A stretch of DNA of 64,000 nt from a bacterium (GCA_037137535.1 JBAXKC010000012.1:1-64000), one strand, 5' to 3'; shown: positions 9,996 to 20,097, counted from the first letter of the stretch. Translations and numbers: made by a program. Notes: generated from the sequence alone by a model not told the origin.

Positions 9996-10148
9996 ATGAA
10001 CAAATGCTCAGATAATCCTAAAATAATTTGTCAAGAGTGTAAACTTCCTTTAGAAATGGACTTTTTAGGAAAAAAATGCCCGAGATGTAATAACTTTATT
10101 TTTGCAAATGCATGCGAAAATTGCATTAAAAAGTGCAGAAAAAAATAA
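9996..10148 (+). CDS. 50-aa Cys-rich protein after feoB (absent from ORF track)
   Basis: Manual translation MNKCSDNPKIICQECKLPLEMDFLGKKCPRCNNFIFANACENCIKKCRKK; ATG directly follows feoB stop; 8 Cys with three CxxC. Confidence 0.7.
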   Translation: MNKCSDNPKIICQECKLPLEMDFLGKKCPRCNNFIFANACENCIKKCRKK

Positions 10149-10223
10149 AATTCATTATTTTCTAAAAGCAATTTTAACAACCATTATGTGTTATTTAAAA
10201 AGTAATCACATAATGGTTGTTTT

Positions 10224-10694
10224 ATGATTTTATTAAATAATGCTACACATTTTAATATTCAAAAAGCTCAACCTTCTTTTAAAGGTAAGAAACTTGAAAC
10301 ATTGCCTGAATTAGATGAATTTAGAAGAAATCAAAAACATCTCCACTTAAATGAAAGAGAACAAACTGTATTGCAAACGGTTAAAGAGCTTGAAATGCAG
10401 TATTATCTTGAAAATGGTTGCCATATTACAATGACAAAAGAAAATATTGAGTCAATGATTGATAAATCAGGCGGATACCCTTGTGATGCGGAAATTATCT
10501 TTTATGAAATGAAGGCTTGCTCTGAATTTGATAAATTAATGGGAACTTCAAAAGAGGGTGAAAAACTCCTCAAGAAAAAAGAAGATAATCCGCTAAAAGA
10601 TTATGATGCAAAGAGAAAAGCCGAAAAAGAAAAAACACTAATGGCAGCACAGCAAAATTTAATAAATCTTACTCCTGCTGCCATTATGAAATAA
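10224..10694 (+). CDS. Hypothetical protein with N-terminal PSFKG motif
   Basis: 156-aa ORF filling intergenic space. Confidence 0.7.
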   Translation: MILLNNATHFNIQKAQPSFKGKKLETLPELDEFRRNQKHLHLNEREQTVLQTVKELEMQYYLENGCHITMTKENIESMIDKSGGYPCDAEIIFYEMKACSEFDKLMGTSKEGEKLLKKKEDNPLKDYDAKRKAEKEKTLMAAQQNLINLTPAAIMK

Positions 10695-10701
10695 TGTATA
10701 T

Positions 10702-10959
10702 TTAGATTACGGTAAAAGCTATTACTTTATCTTCAAAAATATTTAACCAGTCACGATCTACTGAAAGACAAGTGGATTCACCATTTTCAGAGAAAAGAGG
10801 ATAAACTTTCACATTAGTTAAAGTAACAAGTCCGTCTACAACTTTATCATCGCTCTTATAAAGAACGCCTACTGCTTTAAAAGTAGGTGTCCATAATTCA
10901 ATTCTTGAACTATGAGCAACATCAGCTATTTTTAATATTTTTTCAAATTTTTCAGACAT
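10702..10959 (-). CDS. Small hypothetical protein, possibly Sm/LSm-like beta fold
   Basis: AGGAGG RBS; alternating beta-strand pattern. Confidence 0.7.
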   Translation of the reverse strand: MSEKFEKILKIADVAHSSRIELWTPTFKAVGVLYKSDDKVVDGLVTLTNVKVYPLFSENGESTCLSVDRDWLNIFEDKVIAFTVI

Positions 10960-11070
10960 TTTATGCCTCCTAAGAACTTATAATTAATAACCATTCTAAA
11001 TTAACATAAAATAAAAAAAATAGAAGTAGCCCAACAGAATTAATTTACTTTTATGATTTAATAAATAATT

Positions 11071-12423
11071 ATGGCTATTTACAAAATTCAAACTTTTCTT
11101 AATAACAATTTGCTATTAAAAGAGGAAAATATTTTTCTCATAGCTTTTTCAGGCGGTGCTGATTCTCTTTGCCTGTTAGATTGCATTTATAATCTTTCTC
11201 TTCAATACGGATTTAAAGTTAAAGCCGCTCATTTAAACCATGGATGGCGAAGAGAATCCGATGATGAAGAAATAAAAGCCCGAGAATATTGCAATAATAG
11301 AAATATAGAGTTTTTTACAGAAAAACTACCAGCTGGAACTCCTAAAACAGAGCTTGAAGCAAGAGACAGAAGATATGAGTTTTTAAACAGAATAGCTCTA
11401 AAAGTTAAAGCCACAGGGCTTTTTACAGGACATACAATTACTGATCAGGCTGAAACTATTTTATATAGGATTATAAAAGGGACAGGAGTTCACGGATTAA
11501 CGGGAATTCCTCAATCAAGACCTCAAGCTAACGGCATTACAATTTATAGGCCTATGATGAATATTTCTAGGCAAGAAACTTTGGACTATTGCAAAAATAA
11601 TAATTTATCGCCTTCTTTTGATAGCAGTAATGAAGATATTTCATATTTTAGAAACAGAATAAGATTAAACCTAATACCCGAATTAAAAAACTATAATGAA
11701 GAGGTAGAATCAGCTTTAATAAGATTAGCCTTAATCTCTCAAGACACCGAAGAGCTGGTAAAAGAATATTTAACCGAAAAAGAAAAAATTTATTTTATTA
11801 ATAAAGAAGAACTTCACCTGCAAATTTTTTTAGAAGCATCTTTAGCTCTCAAAAGGCGAATTATTTACCAATTTTTAATAAAAAATAATCTTGAATATGA
11901 TTTTGAACGAATTGAAAAAATACTGCATTTTATTGAAAAATCCAAAACTCGTAAATCAGGTGATACACTATCTATTGCAAAAGAAAAGTGGATTTTTTGC
12001 TCAAAAGAAAAGTTAAAAATTATTGGTTCAGTACGTTCAACTGTGATAAAATCAGCGGTAGAAGTCAACTTGAAAGACAAAGTATCTTTTTTAGGAAAAA
12101 CCCTTGAAATAAATGAATGGGAACAAGGCAAGCCTTTTACTTATTCTAAAGAAAAAGATTATAATGCTTTAGTTGATTTAAATGAGGTTAAAACACCTTT
12201 ATTTATAAGAACTCGCCAAGCAGGTGACAGAATTCAGCCTTTTGGAATGAAAGAAAAGGTTAAATTAAAAAAATATATTATAAATAAAGGAATTCCCGAA
12301 CATGAAAGAGACAGCCTACTCCTGTTAACAAATGAAGAAGAGGTGCTATGGGTGATAGGAGTTGGAATAAGTGAATTATTAAGAGTTAAAAACTCTCCAA
12401 CCCATAAGCTAGAAGTATATTGA
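11071..12423 (+). CDS. tilS: tRNA(Ile)-lysidine synthetase
   Basis: SGGADS PP-loop, HLNHGWR, DQAET, RNRIR, C-terminal RQAGDRI. Confidence 0.95.
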   Translation: MAIYKIQTFLNNNLLLKEENIFLIAFSGGADSLCLLDCIYNLSLQYGFKVKAAHLNHGWRRESDDEEIKAREYCNNRNIEFFTEKLPAGTPKTELEARDRRYEFLNRIALKVKATGLFTGHTITDQAETILYRIIKGTGVHGLTGIPQSRPQANGITIYRPMMNISRQETLDYCKNNNLSPSFDSSNEDISYFRNRIRLNLIPELKNYNEEVESALIRLALISQDTEELVKEYLTEKEKIYFINKEELHLQIFLEASLALKRRIIYQFLIKNNLEYDFERIEKILHFIEKSKTRKSGDTLSIAKEKWIFCSKEKLKIIGSVRSTVIKSAVEVNLKDKVSFLGKTLEINEWEQGKPFTYSKEKDYNALVDLNEVKTPLFIRTRQAGDRIQPFGMKEKVKLKKYIINKGIPEHERDSLLLLTNEEEVLWVIGVGISELLRVKNSPTHKLEVY

Positions 12424-12432
12424 GGTGAAAAA

Positions 12433-12999
12433 ATGACACTAACCGAAAAAACAATATTTGACAAAGATCAAGGCAAATTAGAAATTTTATTTTCAAGCGA
12501 AAAAATTCAAAAAAGAATTATAGAACTTGGAAAAGAAATAACAAAAGAATTTGAAGGCTGTGAAGAACTTGTTATCATTTGCGTATTAAAAGGCTCTGTA
12601 CTATTTACCGCAGACCTTGTAAGACATATTGATCTTCCTGTTACTATGGAATTTGTAAGGCTTGCAAGCTATGGAGATGCCGAAAAATCATCAGGAAAAG
12701 TAAAACCTGTTGATTTAACATTACCTGATCTTTGCGGCAAAAATGTAGTAGTAATTGAAGATATTGTAGATACAGGCTTAACTGCAAAATTCTTCCTCGA
12801 TTATTTAAAATATCAACACAAAACAGCAAAAATTAAATTTGCAGCGCTATTAGATAAAGCCTGTACAAGAGTTCATCCTATTGATATTGATTACACAGGT
12901 TTTGAAATTGACGATAAATTTGTTGTAGGCTACGGTCTTGACTATGCAGGACATTACAGAAATCTTCCTTATATAGGCTATTTCCCAAAAAATGATTAA
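12433..12999 (+). CDS. hpt: Hypoxanthine phosphoribosyltransferase
   Basis: VLKGS, IEDIVDTGLT, FVVGYGLD, YRNLPYI. Confidence 0.95.
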   Translation: MTLTEKTIFDKDQGKLEILFSSEKIQKRIIELGKEITKEFEGCEELVIICVLKGSVLFTADLVRHIDLPVTMEFVRLASYGDAEKSSGKVKPVDLTLPDLCGKNVVVIEDIVDTGLTAKFFLDYLKYQHKTAKIKFAALLDKACTRVHPIDIDYTGFEIDDKFVVGYGLDYAGHYRNLPYIGYFPKND

Positions 13000-14032
13000 T
13001 AAATCAGATTTTTTAACTTCATTAATAATTCCAACAGGTATTGGAGCTTCAATAGGTGGTTTTGCAGGCGATGCATCACCATCAGTGAGGCTCCTTTCCT
13101 CCGTTAGCCCTGTTATAGTAAATCCTAATGCAGTAAATGGAGCAGTATTTTCTGGAATAAAACAAAATGTACTATACACAGAAGGTTATTCCTTAAATAA
13201 ATTTTTCAAAGGCGAAATTGCATTAAAGCCATCTAAGTTCAATAAAATAGGGGTAATAGTTGATGCAGGAATACCGAAGGACGTTTTAAACATTCATATT
13301 AATACTCTTAATGCAATAAAATCAGTTTATGGGATAGAAATAACTGCCATAGAAATAACAAATGAACCGGTTGGCGTAGAATTTTATATTTCAGAAAGCG
13401 GAATTTCTAACGGAACTTTAACAAATCCTCAAACTCTAATCAAAAGTACAGAAAATCTAATCAAACAAGGAGCTGAAGCAATTGCCGTTGTTTGTTACTT
13501 TCCTCCATCAGATATTGCTGACAGCGAATACTCCGAAAATGGAGGCGTTGATCCCGTAGGTGGAGTTGAAGCGATAATATCACACTTAATAAGCAGAGAA
13601 TTTAATATTCCCGTAGCTCATGCTCCTGCTTTTGCACTAGAAGACATTGAAATAACGACTAAAATTGTCGACAGGAGAGCATCCTCCGAATATATAACTC
13701 CAACCTTTCTTCCATGTATTATTTTAGGACTTTACAATGCTCCTAAAATAACGGAAATAGAAAATAAAACGCCTTATGATTATTCTATTGATGATTTAAA
13801 CTGCCTTATTATGCCTTATGACAGTCTTGGATGTATTCCTGTTTTTGAATGTGTTTCAAGAAATATTCCTATTCTGGCAGTAAAAAACAACTATACCACC
13901 TTAGACATAACTGCAAAAAATTTAGGACTTGATAATAAAATAATAGAAGTAAATTCCTACCTTGAAGCAACAGGCTATGTGATGGCACTAAAAGAAGGGA
14001 TTTCTATCAATACTATTTTAGGTATAAATTAA
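12992..14032 (+). CDS. DUF3326 family protein
   Basis: IIPTGIGASIGGFAGDA, NPNAVNGA, YTEGY, GVDPVGGVEAIISH, PVAHAPA. Confidence 0.85.
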   Translation: MINKSDFLTSLIIPTGIGASIGGFAGDASPSVRLLSSVSPVIVNPNAVNGAVFSGIKQNVLYTEGYSLNKFFKGEIALKPSKFNKIGVIVDAGIPKDVLNIHINTLNAIKSVYGIEITAIEITNEPVGVEFYISESGISNGTLTNPQTLIKSTENLIKQGAEAIAVVCYFPPSDIADSEYSENGGVDPVGGVEAIISHLISREFNIPVAHAPAFALEDIEITTKIVDRRASSEYITPTFLPCIILGLYNAPKITEIENKTPYDYSIDDLNCLIMPYDSLGCIPVFECVSRNIPILAVKNNYTTLDITAKNLGLDNKIIEVNSYLEATGYVMALKEGISINTILGIN

Positions 14033-14275
14033 AATTAAAAAAAATAAGTGTAATAAATTACATATTTCTTTTAGTTTTCTCAAGAAAAATACCACTAATG
14101 TATTATTTTTGTAATTTTTTATTCTTTTTATATAATTTACTATCAATTTTTTTAAATTTTGGTTTTTATATACTTGTAAACGATTATTGTTTTGTTTACC
14201 ATAAGATTAAAACCTTTCTTTTATATATCCTAAGTAACTCTTGTTGTAAGAAACAAAGGGGTAAAAAAAAAATTC

Positions 14276-15571
14276 ATGATTACTAATTTTACAAACAATT
14301 CTAACATTCCTCAAAGGAAGATTTGGCAAAAACAAGACAATATGCCAAGCCATACACTAAGGCAGGAAAGTATAGAAACAAGTGACAAAATTAGCATACA
14401 GAATAATAATAAACAAACAACAGAGCCCTTAAATAACCATACCAAATCACAGGTAAGTTTTAAGGGCTCTACTGTTGTTAACGATAAAGGTGTACAAAAT
14501 ACCGTTAATAAACAACACATACAAGAAACCTTTGATGAAATGGTAAAGAAAAATGCCTTTCATAGCGATATCTTTAAAAAAGAAATTGGTGAAGCAATAA
14601 ATACGCTTCATGAAAATACTGAAATAAAAATTAAATCAAATCTCGGTGAAAAAATCATTGATGCCGTTTTTGGTCCAATTATTGAATTAGTAGCAACAGT
14701 TAAACAAATGAGCAATCCAGAGTTAAGAAAACAAAATGAAGCGAAAGAAACAGTAAAACAATTTATATCACTTGCAGATGAAGCAAAAGATATTAGATTA
14801 ACAGATGCATTAACTAAAATTGCAGAAAAAGAAACTAAAGAGCATATACAAAAACTCAAAGAACAAAATCCGAATATACACTCCGAAGTTATTGATAAAG
14901 CTAAAAAAACATTTGAAACCGCAAAAAAAGAAGCTATTGAAAAAATAGTAAAAGGAAAAGAACTTACAGAAGAAGTAGTTCAAGAACATCTTAAAAATGT
15001 TGACTTCTCAAAAGTAACAGATTACTTAAAAGAAAAATGGCAAGGTAAAGGAAGTACTCTTGGTATTTTAGGAGTTACACTTACAAACAGAGTTGTAGCA
15101 GGAGCTTTATCCGCTGCATTTCTAGGTGTAGACTTTTATAATACCACCAGAATGATAAATGATGATCCTAAAAAAGCTTCAGAAGAAGCACACAAAAGAG
15201 TAGCTCAAGAAGCATTAAGACTTGGTATTACAGTCTATATGACCTCTATAGTTACGAAATTATTCCAAAAAACATGTAATAGCTCAATAGTTATGGCTCT
15301 TGGAATAAATGCCTTGGTTGTTGCAGGTTCTGAAATTATAGGAAGAAAATTAATAGGAAATGATGTTCTTCCTATGTCAAAAGAAAGATTTGAACTTCTT
15401 AAATCTAAAGGAAAACTTGATAATAAAGAGAAACACAAAGAATCTGCCGAAAAACAAAGACTTGATAATCCTCCTGTCTTTGCAAGAAAAATAATAGATT
15501 CCAGTTCAAATAAACAAGGTCAAATCTCCGATATTAATCGACTAAATATGATTAAAGGAGGTACTGTATAA
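14276..15571 (+). CDS. Hypothetical protein with VSFKG motif and C-terminal hydrophobic domain; paralogue of next gene
   Basis: 431-aa ORF; C-terminal region aligns with 15571-16767. Confidence 0.8.
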   Translation: MITNFTNNSNIPQRKIWQKQDNMPSHTLRQESIETSDKISIQNNNKQTTEPLNNHTKSQVSFKGSTVVNDKGVQNTVNKQHIQETFDEMVKKNAFHSDIFKKEIGEAINTLHENTEIKIKSNLGEKIIDAVFGPIIELVATVKQMSNPELRKQNEAKETVKQFISLADEAKDIRLTDALTKIAEKETKEHIQKLKEQNPNIHSEVIDKAKKTFETAKKEAIEKIVKGKELTEEVVQEHLKNVDFSKVTDYLKEKWQGKGSTLGILGVTLTNRVVAGALSAAFLGVDFYNTTRMINDDPKKASEEAHKRVAQEALRLGITVYMTSIVTKLFQKTCNSSIVMALGINALVVAGSEIIGRKLIGNDVLPMSKERFELLKSKGKLDNKEKHKESAEKQRLDNPPVFARKIIDSSSNKQGQISDINRLNMIKGGTV

Positions 15572-16767
15572 TGTTAACAATAAATAATTATCCTAAAACC
15601 TCCTTATATAAAAATAATATTGAAGTAAAAAACAGACAATTATTAAACAATACACCTCAACCGACAACAACTACCGTTTCTTTCAGCGGAAACCCGGTAA
15701 AACAATTTCTCGAGTTTTTTGAAACAGGAAAAAGAACTGTAAAAAAAGAAGAGCTTTTAAAAACACTTGCTCAAATAAGAGAAGTTGATGGAACGTTATG
15801 CCAAAATATTGAAGCAAGCATTATAAATACATTTAAAAAAGCTACAACTAATAATCCACCAGAAAGCATAGAAAAGCTTCCTGAAGTAATAGAATTCGGA
15901 ACAAAAGTTCCTTTCATAAAAACGCTTATAAAAAGTATACTTTTACCTGTATTTTCAGCTATAAAGTTTACAAACTTCCTTTTTGAAAAAGGAATATCCT
16001 TTTTCAAAAAGGACATTCCTGAAACAGCTGAACAACTTAAAGAAAAAACTACAAAAGAAACAAAAAAATCAATCGATAAAACACTTGATAGCATACACAC
16101 ACAACTTGAAGTCTTTAAAAAATTACACAAAGAATCAAATGGAGATAAAACTAAACTTGAAAAATCCATTGGAAAATATATGCTTTCAAATTTAGCAGGA
16201 AAAAACAAAACTAATTACGATCCCTCAACCTACAGCATATTTAATAAGCTTTTAGCCAGCGCTGTAACAGCAGTTTTCCTTGCTTCAGACCAATTTAACT
16301 TTACAATGAAACAAACAAACGGTGATACTCAACAAGCAAAAGCTCAAACAAGACAAAGAGTTCTTCAAGATATAATGAGAGTTGCCTTCTCCTCCTGGAT
16401 TGTGGGAGCAGGAACCAGTACATTCAGAGACTTTAATAACTCTTCTCTTGCAAATATGTCAATAGTTACAGCCAGTACTTGTACCGGATATGAAACATTA
16501 ACAAGATCAGCAGTAGGAGCTCCTTTTGTTCCAAGCTCAAAAGCTCAAATAGAAGAGAATGAAAAAAGAACTCAAAATATGAAAGGACCGATTGGGGCAT
16601 TTTTCAGATTTGTAGCAAAAGTAACAGGCAAAAAATCTCTTTCAAAAAGAGTGACAAAACAGGATAAACCTCCAGTCCCTGCTCAAACTACACCAACCAC
16701 ATTAAATACAACGACACAACAGGCTCCTTCATTTCAAAACAAAAAACCTTTAAACAAATTTGTATAA
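15571..16767 (+). CDS. Hypothetical protein with VSFSG motif; paralogue of previous gene
   Basis: 398-aa ORF, TAATG stop/start overlap, AAGGAGG RBS. Confidence 0.8.
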   Translation: MLTINNYPKTSLYKNNIEVKNRQLLNNTPQPTTTTVSFSGNPVKQFLEFFETGKRTVKKEELLKTLAQIREVDGTLCQNIEASIINTFKKATTNNPPESIEKLPEVIEFGTKVPFIKTLIKSILLPVFSAIKFTNFLFEKGISFFKKDIPETAEQLKEKTTKETKKSIDKTLDSIHTQLEVFKKLHKESNGDKTKLEKSIGKYMLSNLAGKNKTNYDPSTYSIFNKLLASAVTAVFLASDQFNFTMKQTNGDTQQAKAQTRQRVLQDIMRVAFSSWIVGAGTSTFRDFNNSSLANMSIVTASTCTGYETLTRSAVGAPFVPSSKAQIEENEKRTQNMKGPIGAFFRFVAKVTGKKSLSKRVTKQDKPPVPAQTTPTTLNTTTQQAPSFQNKKPLNKFV

Positions 16768-16769
16768 GG

Positions 16770-16793
16770 AAAAGAGCTTCGGCTCTTTTTTTT
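16770..16793 (+). terminator. Intrinsic terminator with UUCG loop
   Basis: AAAAGAGC-TTCG-GCTCTTTTTTTT. Confidence 0.88.
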
Positions 16794-16926
16794 GACTGGA
16801 AACACCTTTATTAATCGTGAATAAAAAGTCAATAAAAGTTTTAATTTATATAAATTTCAATTAAATTGATAATAATAAAAATAAACCAATAGCTATATTT
16901 GTATTGAAATATAGCTCTTTCAGCTA

Positions 16927-16983
16927 TTGCAAAATTATAAACAATAAGGTATTATAAAATTTAATTAGTGAAACAATTCACGA
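16927..16983 (+). promoter_or_regulatory. adhE promoter and Rex/CRP-like operator
   Basis: TTGCAA-17-TATTAT, then TAGTGAAACAATTCACGA (16966-16983) resembling Rex TTGTGAAnnnnTTCACAA. Confidence 0.6.
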
Positions 16984-17015
16984 TTATAAAGAGCAAGTAG
17001 CCTAAGGAGAGATAA

Positions 17016-19610
17016 ATGAACGATAGCTATGAAAAAAATCCTCTCGATCAACTTGAGGAAACAATTAAAAAAGTAAAACAAGCACAAATAGAATACGCTA
17101 AATTCTCTCAAGAAAAAGTTGATGAAATATTCAGAAAAGCAGCCCTTGTTGCTAATGCCGCAAGAATAACTCTTGCAAAAATGGCTGTAGAAGAAACAGG
17201 AATGGGAATTGTTGAAGATAAAGTAATAAAGAACCATTTTGCGGCTGAATATATTTATAACCGATATAAAGACAGTAAAACATGCGGAATTGTTGAAGAA
17301 GATAGAACAAACGGTATTAAAAAAATTGCTGAACCTATTGGAGTTATAGCCGGAGTTGTTCCTACAACCAATCCGACTTCAACTACAATTTTTAAAGCAC
17401 TTCTTTCACTAAAAACACGTAACGGAATAATATTTTCGCCACATCCAAGAGCAAAACGTGCAACTGCCGAAGCCGCAAGAATTGTATTAAAAGCAGCAGT
17501 CGAGGCAGGAGCTCCTGCAAATCTCATAGCCTGTATTGAAAACCCGACAGTTGAACTATCCCAAGCATTAATGCAAAATAAAAATATCAGCATAATTCTT
17601 GCAACAGGCGGACCCGGAATGGTAAAAGCCGCTTATAGTTGCGGAAAACCGGCTATAGGAGTAGGAGCAGGAAATACACCTGCTGTTGTTGATGAAACAG
17701 CCGATATTAAAATGGCGGTAAATTCTATTTTACTCAGTAAAACATTTGATAATGGTGTAATTTGTGCTTCTGAACAGTCAATTATTGCTGTTGATAATAT
17801 TTATGATCAATTAAAAATAGAACTGCTTGATCGTGGTGCATATCTTTTAAATGATGAAGAAAAAGCAAAAGTATCTTCTATTTTATTAAAAGACGGAGCT
17901 TTAAACGCTGCAATAGTTGGTCAACCTGCATATAAAATAGCTGAATTAGCAGGTATTACTCTACCAACAAATATAAAAGTATTAATAGGCGAAGTTACCG
18001 AAATATCAGAAGAAGAACCTTTTGCTTATGAAAAGCTTTCTCCTGTTTTAGCCCTATACTGGGCAAAAGATTACAGAGAAGCAGTAGACAAAGCCGTTAA
18101 ACTTGTTGATTTTGGTGGCAGCGGACATACCAGCGTACTATACACAAATCCTAAAAATCAAGACAGGGTTGAATATTTTGGCGAACAAGTGAGTACGGGA
18201 AGAGTTCTTGTAAACATGCCTGCCTCTCAAGGAGCAATAGGTGATGTTTATAACTTCAGACTTGAACCGTCATTAACTCTCGGCTGCGGCTCTTGGGGCG
18301 GAAACTCCACAAGCGAAAACGTTGGAGTTAAACACCTGTTAAATATTAAAACAGTTGCAGAGAGGAGAGAAAATATGCTTTGGTTCAGAGTTCCGCCAAA
18401 AATATATTTTAAACAAGGTTGCTTGTCATTAGCACTTGAAGATCTTAAAGGAAAGAAAAAGGCTTTCATCATAACCGACAAACCACTTTATGACTTAGGA
18501 CTTACCACAAAAGTTACCGATATTTTAGACAAAATAGACATAAAATATGAAACCTATTTTGATATAGAGCCTGACCCTAAAATTTCAACAGTAAATAGAG
18601 TTTTAGAAGTTATTAATAAGTTTGAACCCGACGTGATTATTGCTCTTGGTGGCGGATCACCTATTGATGCGGCAAAAATCGTATGGCTTCTATACGAACA
18701 CCCTGAACTTAAATTTGAAGACCTTGCTCTAAGATTTATGGATATAAGAAAAAGAATTTATAAATTTCCAGAGCTTGGTAAAAAGGCTTCAATGATTGCT
18801 ATACCTACCACATCGGGAACAGGCTCTGAAGTAACTCCGTTTGCTGTAATAACCGATGACGAAACCCATATTAAATATCCTATTGCAGATTATGCACTTA
18901 CTCCAAATATGGCAATCGTTGACCCTGAGCTAGTAATGACAATGCCTAAAAGCCTTGCCTCCGTTTCAGGTGTTGATGCTTTAACCCATGCTTTAGAGGC
19001 TTATGCGTCTGCGGTATCAAGTGATTTTACGAATGGATTAGCACTCGAAGCTTTAGAGTTAATCTTTGAATATCTTCCTGCTTCTTACAAAACAGCTAAT
19101 CCTGAAGCAAGAGAAAAAATTCACTACGCTTCAACAATTGCTGGGATGGCATTTTCTAACGCATTCTTAGGGCTTTGTCACTCTATGGCTCATAAGTTGG
19201 GAGCTGCCTTTGATTTACCTCACGGAATGGCAAATGCACTCTTAATTTCACAGGTCATAAGATATAATGCGTCAGAATGTCCTACTAAACAATGTGCATT
19301 CCCGCAATATAAATATCCAAATGCAAAAGCACGATATGCAAAAATAGCTTCTTTCTTGGAATTAAACGGAGAAACAGCTGACGATAAGATTGATAAACTT
19401 ATTGAAGCAATTGAAAATCTTAAAAAACAGATTGATATACCTTCTTCAATAAAAGAAGCAGGCGTCACCGAAGCAATATTTTATGAAAAACTTGACGAAA
19501 TAGTAGAACTTGCTTTTGATGATCAGTGTACAGGAGCAAACCCAAGATATCCGCTGATGAGCGAGATTAAAGAACTTTATATAAAAGCCTTTAACGGCGA
19601 TATAAAATAA
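17016..19610 (+). CDS. adhE: Bifunctional acetaldehyde-CoA/alcohol dehydrogenase
   Basis: PTTNPTST, FDNGVICASEQ, LGCGSWGGNS, GGGSPIDAAK, PTTSGTGSEVT, HSMAHKLG. Confidence 0.97.
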   Translation: MNDSYEKNPLDQLEETIKKVKQAQIEYAKFSQEKVDEIFRKAALVANAARITLAKMAVEETGMGIVEDKVIKNHFAAEYIYNRYKDSKTCGIVEEDRTNGIKKIAEPIGVIAGVVPTTNPTSTTIFKALLSLKTRNGIIFSPHPRAKRATAEAARIVLKAAVEAGAPANLIACIENPTVELSQALMQNKNISIILATGGPGMVKAAYSCGKPAIGVGAGNTPAVVDETADIKMAVNSILLSKTFDNGVICASEQSIIAVDNIYDQLKIELLDRGAYLLNDEEKAKVSSILLKDGALNAAIVGQPAYKIAELAGITLPTNIKVLIGEVTEISEEEPFAYEKLSPVLALYWAKDYREAVDKAVKLVDFGGSGHTSVLYTNPKNQDRVEYFGEQVSTGRVLVNMPASQGAIGDVYNFRLEPSLTLGCGSWGGNSTSENVGVKHLLNIKTVAERRENMLWFRVPPKIYFKQGCLSLALEDLKGKKKAFIITDKPLYDLGLTTKVTDILDKIDIKYETYFDIEPDPKISTVNRVLEVINKFEPDVIIALGGGSPIDAAKIVWLLYEHPELKFEDLALRFMDIRKRIYKFPELGKKASMIAIPTTSGTGSEVTPFAVITDDETHIKYPIADYALTPNMAIVDPELVMTMPKSLASVSGVDALTHALEAYASAVSSDFTNGLALEALELIFEYLPASYKTANPEAREKIHYASTIAGMAFSNAFLGLCHSMAHKLGAAFDLPHGMANALLISQVIRYNASECPTKQCAFPQYKYPNAKARYAKIASFLELNGETADDKIDKLIEAIENLKKQIDIPSSIKEAGVTEAIFYEKLDEIVELAFDDQCTGANPRYPLMSEIKELYIKAFNGDIK

Positions 19611-19625
19611 AATACACTTGCTCTG

Positions 19626-19658
19626 AAAATCCCACTTTTACTAAGTGGGATTTTTTTT
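19626..19658. terminator. Intrinsic terminator
   Basis: AAAATCCCACTT-loop-AAGTGGGATTTTTTTT. Confidence 0.85.
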
Positions 19659-19671
19659 GATTTTAAATATT

Positions 19672-20085
19672 TTATTTATCAGAAAAATAACTTTTAAACT
19701 TCTCCGCAATTTCATCTCTTACCTGTCTGAAAACATTTAATTTTTCTTCTTCTGTCCCTTTAGCTTCAGCAGGATCATAGAAACTCCAATGAAGTTTTTG
19801 AGCTTCTCCTAAAAAAACAGGGCAAGTTTCTTTTGCGTTATCACATACGGTAATTATAAAATCAAAGCTCTGTCCTACAAATTCTTGGACTGATTGAGAT
19901 TTATGATCTGATAAATCAATTCCTATTTCTTGCATTACGTTTACTGCATTTGGATTTATGCTTGTAGGATGAGTACCTGCACTAAAGACCTCAAACCTAT
20001 CGCCGTAAAAATTACGCAACAATCCTTCCGCCATTTGAGAACGACAAGAATTGCCGGTACAAAGAATTAATACTCGTTTTTTCAT
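19672..20085 (-). CDS. arsC: Arsenate reductase (LMW-PTP/thioredoxin type)
   Basis: CTGNSCRSQMAEG, TVCD..ETCP, DPA. Confidence 0.93.
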   Translation of the reverse strand: MKKRVLILCTGNSCRSQMAEGLLRNFYGDRFEVFSAGTHPTSINPNAVNVMQEIGIDLSDHKSQSVQEFVGQSFDFIITVCDNAKETCPVFLGEAQKLHWSFYDPAEAKGTEEEKLNVFRQVRDEIAEKFKSYFSDK

Positions 20086-20097
20086 TATATAAACTCC

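Noticed and set aside
14098-14286. 62-aa Phe/Tyr/Leu-rich ORF
   Set aside because: Composition typical of an AT-rich promoter region; no RBS
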